Source: Trichosphaerium sp. ATCC 40318
Taxonomy: Eukaryota > Protista > Tubulinea
Direction: 5' to 3'
Assembly (NCBI GenBank): GCA_038496445.1
Contig: JALMLS010000124.1
Coordinates: forward strand, 62,001 to 126,000
Length of the DNA: 64,000 nucleotides
Shown here: in pieces, positions 1 to 12,797 of the stretch
Numbering within the stretch: the first letter of the stretch is position 1
Layout: the number at the start of each line of letters is the position of its first letter
The notes under the pieces: generated by a model
Database searches by the model: none
What the model was told of the DNA's origin: nothing
The model's input: the letters and a program-made list of their open reading frames with translations, nothing else
Program-made: the position numbers and the translations under genes

Positions 1-1
1 T

Positions 2-127
2 AAGATTGTGACATTGACTGATTCTGAAAAGCAAAGACACGAAGGTATTGAGAGGCGTAAGAGAGAGAGAGAACAGCGACAAAAGGAAAGGGAGGAAAGA
101 AGACTACGATGGAGAAGATACGGTTGA
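2..127 (+). CDS. Possible 3' end of a charged coiled-coil protein, part of the duplicated unit
   Basis: Frame KIVTLTDSEKQRHEGIERRKREREQRQKEREERRLRWRRYG* stays open with the same stop in the inverted copy at ~53242-53400. Confidence 0.35.
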   Translation, partial: KIVTLTDSEKQRHEGIERRKREREQRQKEREERRLRWRRYG

Positions 128-573
128 TTTACGATCTGCAACACTGACTTGTAAAATGCAAACGTATGATGCCAACAGATCCACATGGTGTATTAGATTT
201 AATACTAAGCCATTGTGGACCTTTATCACATCACAATAATTGCATAGTGGAACACATTGTAACAAATAAACTGAACGTTTATAGTATCCCTCTATTTAAA
301 GTTAGCATGTGATGTATAAACCTTTAACAGTGTATTCTGTGGTGATAGCGTCGCTCTATAGCACACACCACCAGCTATCCGTCCACAATGTCGTTCTAGG
401 GTGCACATTGTCACCTACTAATTTTTCATTCTTCGAAATCACGTTGTTAGTACTTGTATGCCAGCGTAATAAAATAAGTGTTCTTTTTGAGTACATGAGT
501 TGTAAAATATAAGTGTTTTATTTTGTTCTGGATATGTTGTAAACATGCAACATCAAAGTTACATATTGTATTT

Positions 574-2460
574 TTACGATGCTTCATCCAAGCTCATTCT
601 TTCACCATGTTTATTCCACTTTTTGTATTCTGCTACTTTTTTGCCTTTGATGTAGGCACATTGTATCATTAATCGCCCACTCCAATACCACTCATTATAT
701 TCTCCTTCAAACTCACCATTGATGTAGTTACAATGGCATCGTAATTGTCCATTCAAATGCCACTTTTTATATTCTCCTTCAAACTCACCATTGATGTAGG
801 TACATTGGACCTTTAACTTGGAATAATAAGACTTGTACCGTCGCCCTTTTTGAAACCACTTCTTGTATTCTCCATGTTCTTTACCATTGATGTAGGCACA
901 TTGGATCCTCAATTGCCCACTTTCATACCACTCGCTATATCCTCCTTCAAACTCACCATTGATGTAGGCACATTGGATCTTTGATTGTCCACTTTCATAC
1001 CACTCGTTATATTCTCCTTCTTTTTTACCTTTGACATAGTGACAATGGATCTTTGATTTGCCATTTTTGTACCACTCGTTATATTCTCCTTCAAAGTCAC
1101 CATTGATGTAGGTACATTGGATCGCTAATTGTCCATTTTTGTACCACTCGCTATATTCTCCTTCAAACTCACCATTGATGTAGTTACAATGGCATCGTAA
1201 TTGTCCATTCAAATGCCACTTTTTATATTCTCCTTCAAACTTACCATTGATGTAGGCACATTGGATCATTGATTGTCCACTTTCATACCACTTTTTATAT
1301 TCTCCTTCAAACTCACCATTGATGTAGTTACATTGGATCATTGATTGTCCACTTTCATACCACTTCTTAGATTCTCCTTCTTTTTTACCATTGATGTAAT
1401 TATACTTGTGCCGCAGCCTTCCATTTTCATACCACTTCTTATCTTCTCCTTCAAACTCACCATTGATGTAGTTACATTGGAACTGTAATTGGCCATTTTG
1501 AAACCACTTTTTATATTCTCCGTCTAGTGTACCATTGATGTAATTATACTTGTGCCGCAGCCTTCTATTTTCATACCACTTCTTATCTTCTCCTTCAAAC
1601 TCACCATTGATGTAATGACACTGGATCTCTAATTGGCCATTTTCAAACCACTCCTTAGATTCTCCTTCTTGCTTGTCATTGATATAGTCCCAATGTCTAG
1701 CCAGTTTTCCGTTTTTATGCCATTCCTTATATTCTCCTTCCTTTTTACCCTTGACATAAGTACCTTGGTACAGCAATTCCCCAGTTCTGTACCACCCCTT
1801 GTATTCCCCTTGTTCCTCACCATTAACATAAGTACACTGACTCTTCAATTCACTAATTCCCTTGGTTTTTTTCTCTTGCTTATATTCTTCTTTCAAAAAG
1901 ATGTAATACCAATCCTTAGATTCACCTTCTTTTTTACCGTTTATGTACATACACTGATTCTGCAATTGTCCATTATTATACCACTCCTTATATTCGCCTT
2001 CTTTTTTACCCTTGATGTAATTACACTGGATACGCAATTGGCTTTCATCCTCGTTTTCTTTCTCTTGTTCATTGAATCCATAAAAACCACGTGCGTTATT
2101 GAAACTTGGGTAAAAGCCTTCCTCGAAGGGATTAAACTGTCTTTCACTACTCCAATCATACCACTCTTTATATTCTCCTTCTATCTCACCATCAACGTAA
2201 GTATATTGCTTATACAATTGACCATTGGAGCACCAACGAGTATACTCTCCATGTTTTAGACCATGTTTCCAATACTCTTGCTCTACAACTTTGTTCTTGA
2301 CTCTTCGAACCCATTTTCCGTGCTTCTTCATCTCGCCATCAAACCTCATTGTCGTTGCTGCCTGTTTCGAAAGAAGTGGCCAATTTAAATACGCAGACCA
2401 GTCCAAATCGATAATATCGAGCTGAAGCTCAACTGGAAGGTGTAATAGGTGGTGATCATC
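574..2460 (-). CDS. MORN-variant (YwqK-like) 24-aa repeat protein with N-terminal F-box-like motif, long copy
   Basis: Over 20 repeats of EGEYKEWYxNGQLxxQCxYING; in-frame DDHHLLHLPVELQLDIIDL upstream of the ORF-track start; true start exon unresolved. Confidence 0.85.
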   Translation of the reverse strand, partial: DDHHLLHLPVELQLDIIDLDWSAYLNWPLLSKQAATTMRFDGEMKKHGKWVRRVKNKVVEQEYWKHGLKHGEYTRWCSNGQLYKQYTYVDGEIEGEYKEWYDWSSERQFNPFEEGFYPSFNNARGFYGFNEQEKENEDESQLRIQCNYIKGKKEGEYKEWYNNGQLQNQCMYINGKKEGESKDWYYIFLKEEYKQEKKTKGISELKSQCTYVNGEEQGEYKGWYRTGELLYQGTYVKGKKEGEYKEWHKNGKLARHWDYINDKQEGESKEWFENGQLEIQCHYINGEFEGEDKKWYENRRLRHKYNYINGTLDGEYKKWFQNGQLQFQCNYINGEFEGEDKKWYENGRLRHKYNYINGKKEGESKKWYESGQSMIQCNYINGEFEGEYKKWYESGQSMIQCAYINGKFEGEYKKWHLNGQLRCHCNYINGEFEGEYSEWYKNGQLAIQCTYINGDFEGEYNEWYKNGKSKIHCHYVKGKKEGEYNEWYESGQSKIQCAYINGEFEGGYSEWYESGQLRIQCAYINGKEHGEYKKWFQKGRRYKSYYSKLKVQCTYINGEFEGEYKKWHLNGQLRCHCNYINGEFEGEYNEWYWSGRLMIQCAYIKGKKVAEYKKWNKHGERMSLDEAS

Positions 2461-2829
2461 TGATTGTACAGTAAATCCCTATTTGCGCGTTGTTAGATAC
2501 TACGTTTACGATTAAAAGGATTACGGTACGTTGGATAGGATAATTTTGGGAGATTTGAGCATTCTGACTGATGAAATAACGCAAAGGTGTGCGTAGGTTC
2601 CTTTTTTTTTTGCGCTATTCTGTTCTTAAGTTTACGGACCAGCAACTTTTTTATTTATTTTGGCTCAGAAGTCTTCCGCAGTTTTTTGCAAATTTTAAAT
2701 TTCTACGAAATAAAGCCAAGAGTCGTGTAAGAAGTCGTGTAAAGGAAAGATAAGCGACCGGACTTGTGTAGTAATAGACTAAATGTTTTATTTACGTACA
2801 TTCAGAGAACACTTATTAATAACCTTTGA

Positions 2830-5800
2830 TTAACGATGTAGTTAATAACAGTCATTGAATGAGAGTACTAACAGGCTTTGAGCATTACAACTTATTGCGC
2901 CTAACGAACGATATTTTTGCATTGTATTCAGAACCAACATCTCGGATATGAGGCTGTTTGGTAGGGTATTTTTTCGAGCACAATATCTCCATGCGCTGAA
3001 TAGTCGCCAGTCTTAGAAATTGGTCTAAAACTTGTCTAAACCTGCTCTCCACACCCAGGCGACTATGTTAACTGGTCCATAGCGCTCCTATTTTCGTACA
3101 CAATCTTAAACAAATTTGAGCAGCATCCGCAGCGTTTTTTTCGTGTTCACAGAAACCATATTTTATTTTCGGACAATGTTACACGTCCAACACACTTTCC
3201 ATATTGGGTACCCATGTACAAAGGGCTCCAACGAGTATGTAAATATACAATTACACTTAAAACAATACATAAATACACCCATCTTCGGCATCATCTTAAT
3301 TAGCGTGTCAAAATTGCTTTTTTAGCAGCCATAAAAATAGTGCCTTCAAAAGCCTTGGAGCTTCTTTGGATGCAGTAGGCGTCTTTGGTGTAGTTTATTT
3401 ATTTGAAGCCAAGTATCAGTTGTAGATGCATCTGTACAAGGTACCTCAGCAGTTGATGAAGCACTTGAAGGTACTATTGTAGTTGCCTCCGTAAATAAAG
3501 TTAGTTCTAGAAAGTAAAGTAGGAAGTACCATTTATTGAGCCTTTGTAGTTGGAGATTTAGTAGGAGCTTCAGTTGTAGGAGCATCTGTAATTGGTGCTA
3601 CTGTGGTTGGCACATCTGTTGTTGGAGCTTCGGTTGCTGGTTCTAATACTGTTAAGTTGAAAAAGATGATAGTAATGTCCAATTAATCACTCAAGTACCA
3701 TTGTAGTTGAGGCTTCCGTTGTAAGAGCTACTATAGTTGGTGCTCACTTGTAGGAGCTTCAGTTGTAGGAACCTCTGTGGTTGGAGCCTCTGTTGTTGGT
3801 GCTTGTAGGCGATTCTGTAGTTGGTGCATCTACAAAGAAAGTTAGTTGCTTTAGAAAGTAAAATATAAAGTACCACTTGTTGGTGCTACAGTTGTAGGTG
3901 CTTCAGTAGTTGGAGCTTCAGTCGTAGGCGCATCTGTTGTAGGTGGTTCAGTTGTTGGAGCCTCAGTAGTTGGCGATTCGGTGGTTGGAGCATCTGTAGT
4001 TGGTGCTACGGTTGTTGGTGCTTCAGTAGTATGTGCATCTGTGGTTGGAGCTTCAGTTGTTGGCACTTCAGTTGTTGGTGCTACAGTTGTAGGAGCCTCT
4101 GTAGTTGGAGCGTCAGTTGTAGGAGCTACAGTTGTAGGGGGTTGCAGTGGTAGGAGCTTCAGTTGTTGGTGCTGCTGTTGTAGGAGTAGCTGTAGTTGGT
4201 GACTCTGTTGTTGGTGCATCAGTTGTAGGCGATTCTGTAGTAGGGGCTTCTGTAGTTGCTTCGGTTGTTGGCGCAACAGTTGTTGGGGCTTCTGTTGTTG
4301 GAGCTGCTGTAGTAGGTGCTACAGTTGTTGGTGCTTCAGTTGTTGGTGCCTCAGTGGTTGGCGCTTCTGTAGTTGGAGTCTCCGTTGTTGGAGCGTTTGT
4401 AGTTGGAGCTTCAGTGGTTGGCGCTTCAGTTGTTGGAGCTTCAGTTGTTGGTGCTTCAGTTGGCTTCTGTAGTTGGTGCCTCCGTTGTTGGTGGTTGTGT
4501 CGTAGGCGCTTCAGTTGTAGGAGCATCTACAAAGAAAGTTAGTTGCTTTAGAATAAAATACAAAGTACCACTTGTTGGTGCTACAGTTGTAGGTGCTTCT
4601 GTAGTTGGAGCCTCAGTCGTTGGTGCTTCTGTTGTTGGAGCTTCAGTTGTTGGGGCTTCAGTTGTTGATGCATCTGTAGTAGGCGCTACAGTGCTTGGAG
4701 CCTCAGTTGTTGGTGCCTCAGTTGTAGGTGCATCTGTGGTTGAGCTTCAGTCGTACGACTCATGGGAACCTCCGTAGTAGGCGCCAATGTAGTAGGTGCT
4801 ACAGTTGTAGGAGCTTCAGTGGTAGGCGCTACAGTTGTAGGTGCTTCAGTTGTTGGTGCCTCTGTCGTTGGCGCCAATGCTGTTGGAACCTCTGTAGTTG
4901 GTGCTTCTGTTGTTGGAGCTTCGGTTGTAGGTGCATCCGTGGTAGGAGCAGCAGTAGTTGGAGCTTCAGTCTTTGGGGCTTCAGTTGTTGGCGCCTCAGT
5001 TGTAGGAGCCTCTGTGGTAGGAGCTTCGGTTGTAGGCTCCTGTAGTTGGAGCCTCCGTAGTAGGGGCTTCAGTAGTAGGCGCTACAGTTGTAGGAGCTTC
5101 AGTGGTAGGTGCATCAGTAGTTGGTGCTTCTGTAGTTGGAGCGTCAGTAGTAGGTGCTACAGTTGTAGGAGCCTCAGTTGTTGGAGCCTCAGTAGTAGGC
5201 ACTGCAGTTGTAGGAGCCTCCGTTGTTGGCGCATCAGTGGTAGGGGTTGCAGTTGTTGGTGCATCTATTACTGTTAGATGGAAAAAGACAACAATATATA
5301 TAAATCAAGTACCAGTTGTTGGTGCCTCAGTAGTTGGAGTTTCAGTTGTAGGTGCTTCTGTAGTTGGTGGAGGCGTCATTGGTGGCATTGTAGTTGGATT
5401 TGGCACTTCTGTTGTTGGCGCAGCAGTTGTAGGAACCTCTGTGGTTGGAGCCTCCGTTGTTGGCGCTACAGTTGTAGGTGCTTCTGTAGTTGGAGCATCA
5501 GTAGTTGGAGCCTCAGTTGTTGGTGTCTCTGTGGTAGGCGCCACTGTAGTTGGCGCTTCTGTAGTTGGTGGAGATGTCATTGGTTGCATTGTAGTTGGAT
5601 GCTGTGTTGTTGGTGCCGCGGTAGTTGGAGGTTCCGTAGTAGGTGCCTCTGTAGTAGGAGCCTCAGTTGTTGGTGCTTCTGTCGTTGGCGCTTCAGTTGT
5701 TGGAGCCTCAGTAGTTGGTGCTTCTGTTGTTGGCACATCTGTTGTTGGTGCTTCAGTTGTTGGAGCTCTGTTGTAGGTGCAGCAGTTGTAGGTGCATCTG

Positions 5801-6900
5801 TAGTTGGTGCTACTGTAGTTGGTGCATCTATCACTGTTAGGAGAAAGGTAAAAATTATATCGATCGAGTACCAGTTGTAGGAGCCTCAGTTGTTGGTGCT
5901 TCTGTTGTTGGCGCATCTGTAGTAGGCGCATATGTAGTTGGTGCTTCTGTTGTTGGCACTTCAGTTGTTGGTGCTTCAGTAGAGCTTCAGTGGTAGGAGC
6001 CTCTGTCGTTGGAGCTTCGGTTGTAGGCGCATCCGTGGTAGGAGCTTCAGTCGTTGGTGCCTCTGTGGTAGCAGTTGTAAGTGCATATGTAGTTGGAGCC
6101 TCTGTTGTTGGTGCTTCTGTAGTAGGCGCTACAGTTGTAGGAGCCTCAGTTGTTGGGGCTTCGGTGGTTGGTGCATCTGTAGTAGGTGTTACTGTGGTTG
6201 GTGCAGCTTTTGTTGGCCCCTTGGTTGTTGGAGTGCCAGTAGTTGGCGCTTTCGCTGTAGCCTCTGCTGTCAGTGCATCAGTGGTTGGAGCATCTATAGT
6301 TTATTGTCTCAGTCGTTGGTGCGTCTGTAGTAGGTGCCACAGTGGTAGGAGCATCAGTTATAGGGGCCTTTGTGTTGGTGCTTTTGTTGTTGGAGCTTCA
6401 GTCGTAGGTACATTGGTTATTGGAGCTGGGTTTTGGTGATAGGAGCATCTGTAGTTGAAGCTGTTGTTAGCGGTTCTATTGTTGGAGTACTTGCAGTAGG
6501 AGCATCAGTTGTTGGTGTGGCTGTGGTAGGGGCTGCAGTTGTAGGTGTAGTTGGCGCATCTATCACAGTTAGAAAGAAAGCTAAAAAATATCAAGCAAGT
6601 ACCAGTTAGGTGCATCTGTTGTGTGCAGCAATAGTTGGAGCATCCGTTGTTGGTGCAACAGTTGGCTGTGAAGCAGTGGTTGATGAGCTTGTAGAAGGTG
6701 TTTCTGTGACAGAAGTTAAGACAACGTATCATCAACAGTAATCCTTCTGTCTTGAACCTTCTTTTGTTGGCCTTTGTACTTGGTGCCTCAGTTTTAACAG
6801 TGTACGTTGTACAACAAGCCTTGGAAGTTTAGTTGGCCCTTTTATAGTTGTAGTTATAGGTGTTTCAGATATTGGAAATTTGTTTGCCAATGAGCGGTGT
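2830..6900 (-). pseudogene. Multi-exon mucin-like (APTTE/APTTV/APTTD)n surface protein, frameshifted
   Basis: Long 15-bp tandem repeat arrays split by short GT-AG introns; many frame switches; degenerate hydrophobic tail near 2830-2890; ends approximate. Confidence 0.7.
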
Positions 6901-6984
6901 CTTTTTAACAAGTACAAGATAACTTTTTGTTAAAACCTATTGTTGGTCAGAAAAACAAGATGTGAGGTTTAAAAAATAGATTAC

Positions 6985-8244
6985 TTACCTACAGCATTCC
7001 CACACAAAACACCTACAAGAACCCTTTTTTGTGTTTACTGTTGCTTCAAGAAGCCACTTGTGATTGCCATTTTTGTTTCTTTCTGCTTCTGTCGCTGTTT
7101 GTTTGTTCAATATTTGAACAATTTGAACACCTGCATTTGGCCCAACAGATTCTATATTCTGTGGCAATTCCATTTGATTGAAGTAAATGCCAACTCAACA
7201 CTATTGCCAGACACATCTGATTGAATACTCCCGTCACTATCAGCGTCACTATCAGCGTCACTGAAGATATAGTCACTGTTTGATGTTAGTAAAGCAATGG
7301 AACAACATTTACATACCTGAAACTGTCACTTTCACTTATCAGGTCAATTTGTATTACTTGCCTCTCTGGGCGCAATTTGTACAGTTCTTTACATGATACA
7401 GTGTGTTGTGATCCTCTGTAAACAACCACCTGTATTTCCCACATATTATTGTGGGCCCTAGAGGCATTCCCTTTCAATGTGTTAGTTAAAGGCTTTGAAT
7501 ATAGCGTACAAGGATTAGATTCCATGTCATACAATCAATAAACCACCAAGTTCCATTGTTATTCACATATGTAGTGAAATGTGGATGCGGTTTAGGCTGC
7601 CACATCAAAATGTACGCTGCCTCCCAAGTTCTGCTTATGTTAGTGCAAACGCTAACTGTCTTTACATACCTTCCATGGAGTTTAAAGTCCAAGGTAGTTT
7701 GGCCATGTCCTGAACAACATTGGGATTTGGATACACTGTAATCAAAGCCAGTAATGTCACACTCTTTATCAAATTAGGTTGTTTTCAAAATAATATAAAG
7801 TTACATACCTCAACAGCCTTAAACCCTCCCTCACTGCAAGTCAGACAGTTGTTTGAAACTGAAAGACGTTTAATGAGCCAGTTGAATATTTTTGCTTCAA
7901 TATCTTGCTCCAAAAATACACAACTGATGCGACACTCTGTAATCTGGATGTGTCAGAAGCATGGATGGCAATAGTTTATTATGCTCACCTTCACATTTGC
8001 AACCGCTGTTATAGTTAGAAAATGCATGAAATGAAACACAAACACTTCTAACATAGCTGTGAATTTCAAGGACACTAAAATCAGGGCTATATTTTCCACA
8101 GCGATGCTCCTCATAGTTATGTTCTATTTCCTTCCTCCTCTTTGGATATTTTGTGTAGCAATGCTGTAAAAACAACTGAATAAATGTGTTTCTACTTCCA
8201 TCTATGTTGTTAGATGTGAGTACTGTCGGGTTGTTGGGAATCAC
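6985..8244 (-). pseudogene. Decayed intron-containing coding relic with C-terminal Cys clusters; possibly transposase-derived
   Basis: GTATGT..AG introns near 7765-7808 and 7631-7669; in-frame stops; CWAKCRCSNCSN and SCRCFVWECC motifs; acidic SDADSDADSD stretch. Confidence 0.35.
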
Positions 8245-9037
8245 CTAAACTTTCTTAGTACTTGTGTATAGAACAACACATACGCAAATATCACTAACAG
8301 ACTGTAAACCAGTGAAAACAGCATCCCAGGGACAGCTGTGATTATTCCAACATGCGTGGGGTTTCAAGTTTCCTACAACTACATTAGCATGTTTGGGTTT
8401 CTGCAAACAGAAAATCACGTGATTGAAATTGAAGAAAAAAAAAGAGTTCTAGCCACGACAAGAGCTTGTCTTGCTGTGCACAGATATCAAATCTACACTA
8501 CGCACACCATTTGCGTATGCTTCTTCTATTTAACCTGTGTTGGGCGAAAAAACTATCGCAAATAAATACAACAGCACTATTAACGCCTGGTAGGTGCTTT
8601 TAAAGCAGGTTGAGGCTGTACTTAATTATTGCTGTATTAAAACATACCGTAAGTATCGTAGCGTGCGCTCATTGCCAAAGATGTAATAATTACTCGTTCG
8701 CGTGGAGAATTATGTTATTTACTCTACAGTGCACAAAAAAAATATGAGTTTTCGGACTTTTACAGAAAACCCTACAACACAATGTGGCCATCTGTTTAAC
8801 CTCAAACCGTTCTGTATAGCATCACATTGTGTAAAAATATTCATTGAGACAGTGTGGGGCTCATAAAAAGGACTTGTAGCCTATTCAGCGCACAGAGATA
8901 TTTTTCTCTCGAAAAAGTAATAATTATTGTTTTGTAATCAAAAAGGCAAAACTGGTTGTAGTGTCATTACACTGCATTTTGTTTTTTATTTCGAACAAAA
9001 ACTATGTTACAAGATGGATACTGTTTTCCTTTTCAGT

Positions 9038-11643
9038 TTAGTATGAAGTGAATTGACGTGCATAGCTCATAATGGCAAATAATGCTGCTGCAATACCTCC
9101 TGATACAGGCAATGTCACAATCCAAGAAAACAATATTTTACCAAGAATTCTCCAATCAATACCTCTAGCGCCTTCAAGCAGCCCAACAGCAGTAACAGCA
9201 CCAACCTGAAGAAAAAAAAATAATGATAAGAATAAAGTAAGAAAAACAATAGGCCAAGTGGTAGACGTACTTGACAATGTGTTGTAGAGACTGGCATGCC
9301 TATTCTTGAAGCTACAATAACAGTAATAATAGGTCCTATTTCCATTGTAAAACCTCTAGAAGGCGTAATTTTAGCCAAGTCTTCACCAACAGCTTTTTTA
9401 CAACAAAACAGTTAGTACAAAAGAGACATTAAGTAAGAACTTGCGACATGACGATTAAGAGCTTAGAAATAACTTCAAAAGCAAAAATGAATGGCAGTAA
9501 TTTCAGGAAACAGTTGCTAAAGGTGATAGATAATATTATCGTAACATTCTGTACCTGATATAATCTTGTAGCCAAGACAAGCTAGCCCTATTACAATTCC
9601 AAAACCGCCTAGAGCTAAAATCCACCAATCAACATCAGCTTTTTCACTAACCTCTCCAGATAAATAAATACCATAAATAGCAGCGAAAGGAGCAATAGAG
9701 TTTGCAACCTATTAAAAAAAAATTAACAAAACTCAGTCAGTCGATTAAAGTTTTCAAAAAACGTTATCACAATGACTTGCGCTATTTTTTTTAACGTCTT
9801 AAAATAGAAGAATAACCTCAAAGAACTCATTTCTCAGTATATGTAGTTTTACATCCAGAATTTGAAGGAGAAGTTGATAGGCTAGATTTTGAAGGAAAAA
9901 AACTAAACAAACAAATGTACGTACATCGTTTGCTCCATGAGAGAATGAGTCTAGAGTTGCCGTGAAAATCTGTAAAAATCCAAACAACTGCTCAGCATCT
10001 TCATCAAAAACTTCAGCTTGAGCATGTATACGTTGTCTTCTAAGTGTTTCAACAGGTGTATTTGTTTCCAAAGAAACAACATCAGCATCACTCCGCGTTA
10101 ATGCTACACTATCCTTATCAACCAAGCTAGTCTTTTCTTTTGGTTCTTCTCTACCCCAAAACTTATCCCAAAAACTTCTCTCCCTCTTATCATACGACTG
10201 AACATCCTCAGGATCTGGAAAAAACAAACAAAGTTAAAAGTAACTTTTTTCTGAAAAAAAGCTTGAAAGCTGTAAAATGACAACACGTGATGGTTGTCAC
10301 GTTGGTTTTCTGAAAATAGAATTTTTTGTCTTATATAATCGTACTTTTACTACTTTTTTCGTAAACCCGTTTAACAATGCATGGAAGAATAAGGAAACGC
10401 ATAACAAGAACAGTTACAATGCCAACACCAAGTGAAATAAGTATGGCTTGCCACCAATTAAATAGCTTATCAAGAGCTAGAGAAGGACTCCCTAATTAAA
10501 CTATGAATACTCCAATCACAAATGCACCCAATGTACCTTTGTATATAATAAAGAAGCAAAGCAGGCACATCATAAACCCGTACAAATAAGGCAAGAAAAA
10601 AAGACCTCTTTTGACCGGATGTTCAGCTCGTAAGATGAATCTCCTGACAAGCCAGAACAAAATCACAGATGTCAACCCAGCTATAAGCTACGAAATAAGA
10701 AGAAATAAGTACTTAATTGGTAAGTAGAAAGTACGTACAGGGCTTGACGCCCATGAGATAACAACGAATAATATTTCTATCCAGTCAACTCCTTTTTTGG
10801 AATACACCAAGGAGAACCCAACAATGGCACCCACAATACTATGAGTGGTTGATACAGGCGCCTTTAGGAAGTTAAGTGAGTTAGTACGTCACTTTGAAAC
10901 GATACATCCACAACAAAACACACGTGATATCACGTGTGATTGCATTTTTATGAAAACAAAAAAGTGAACTAACCTTGCATAGCGTTGCAATTAGAAGCCA
11001 TAATCCAGCTGCTATGAGTGCGCATAACATGCCCACAATAAGCATTTGAGGATCATCTTTATATATCTCAGTATTTACTATACCTTTTCTGATAGTATCT
11101 AGACACGTGTCACGAAGAAAACCCGAAAAAAAAAAAAACAAAGCACAAAATTGCTTTCAGTTAAAAAATACCTGCAACATGCGAACCAAGAAGCAATGCA
11201 CCTGAAAACTCAAAGACAGCTGCAATAGCAATAGCTTGACGAAGTGTCAACACTTTGGAACCTACAGAAGTAGCAAACTACGTTTGTGTTATCTAATAGT
11301 CATATTCTACGCCATCATACCGCATTTGCGACCTGTGGGAGCACGTTAGAGACTTGGAGACTTTAGAAATGTCACAAAAAAATGTAAAACTCTCTTTGGT
11401 TCTTTTAAGCGCTGTTTACGCCTACAACCAACAACTTACATCGTTTGCGCCTATTCCAAAAGCCTAAGATAAAATAGTCATGTCAAAATGCAGAAAACCG
11501 ACTAAAAATGCGCCAAGTGGCGTTGTATATGCACGTAAACGTACAGTAAAGAATGCAGCGAAACCTGCAACTACAACTATCATTGTAAAGTTTTCAATCC
11601 TCCCGGGAGACGTAGGGACATCTGTGGTTGTAGCCAATGACAT
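9038..11643 (-). CDS. PiT/SLC20 (PHO4 family) sodium-phosphate symporter, multi-exon
   Basis: Spliced motifs GIGANDVANAFATSVGS, FEFSGALLLG, DTIRKGIV, PVSTTH, SHGANDVANSIAP, ITPSRGFTME, SWIVTLP. Confidence 0.95.
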
Positions 11644-12797
11644 TGGTTCGACGTCTAGCCTGCAGTGAAGTTGCTTTTTTGAGTATATGAGTTTTCATGT
11701 CAAACTGTTGTGCACAAAGGTTAAGCGTCTTCTTATCTACTGAAGTCAGAAGTCATGTTGGTCTATTTGTTCCTGAAAAAGATGTTTGCACGTGATGGCG
11801 TAACTTTCAAACACGTGGGTTTAGTCGTAAAGAATATTTCAGGTACCTTGTAGCAGCACGTGACGAATATTCCCTTATCAGTTTTATTGAAATCCATTTG
11901 GTTATTTTAAGAGCAATGTTTGAGTGTACGAATGAGATACAACATCACTGTTGTGTTTGAATATTTCTTGACCTTAGTGATACGTCATATTTGCTAACAG
12001 TTATCATGTACCACCAATCACAATCTAACAACTAAGCAGTCATTAAAAAAAAAAAAGATCGATATCAGAGCAAAAACGAAAACCGCATTTTTGATGTTGT
12101 ACAGCGGTGGGAAATGAGAAAGTCCCAATAATCAAATTACAACCGTAACGATTATGTCTTTATTATCGTTTATTAAACGTGTTTCTTGTTTGTGTGGTTT
12201 TCGCAACAACACAGGAAAAAAACCGTTTCAAAAATAAAATTTTGGTGCTTACTGTTGAGCTCCTTTTGTAGCTTTGATAAATTGATGTATTAAGTACATT
12301 TGTGATTACGTAGACAATGTGGTGGGAAATATATATGTACCAGTTCAGTAAGGCGTACAAGGCTTAATACATAATAGCGAAAAGCTTTTCAAAATGTCAA
12401 CAACAATCACAACAAAAACGACACCCACTTTCTCCTTCCGTGCAGTAATTGGTGTCTCCACTACAATTACTTCGCTCTACGGGCTCTAATAACTGACCTT
12501 TATATCATCAACGCTGGCAAGCTCTTAGTAGGAGCAGTCAGTGTTTTTCAACTGAAAATCTTTTTACGCATTGGCCTAGAAATTACGACATCATCCACGT
12601 GCGTACGAAAAAATACCTTTCGAATTCAAAAAAACTACTCGTTGTAGCGATATAGTGCGTGAGTACCGTATTCGCTTTCACTACCTCCCTATTCCACACT
12701 GCTTAAACTTCCTTTCTTCTAGAATCAAAAGGGTATATCGACACGTACACTCAAAACTCAAAGGTTTTTTTGACTAGTATACTGAAATATCAAACAA

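Larger units (their letters stand above)
1..2795. repeat. Left arm of an inverted segmental duplication (partner 51516-53368); may extend beyond the window start
   Basis: Reverse complement of 1-28 matches 53341-53368, and of 2762-2795 matches ~51516-51552; MORN gene and both flanks align. Confidence 0.95.

Noticed and set aside
574-2406. Bacterial YwqK toxin-antitoxin locus or CRISPR-like array
   Set aside because: Repeats are in-frame coding units without spacers; no toxin partner; eukaryotic context
3981-6609. Plus-strand (VVGAS)n and Cys/Trp-rich ORFs
   Set aside because: Antisense shadows of the APTTE repeat; splice signals are on the minus strand
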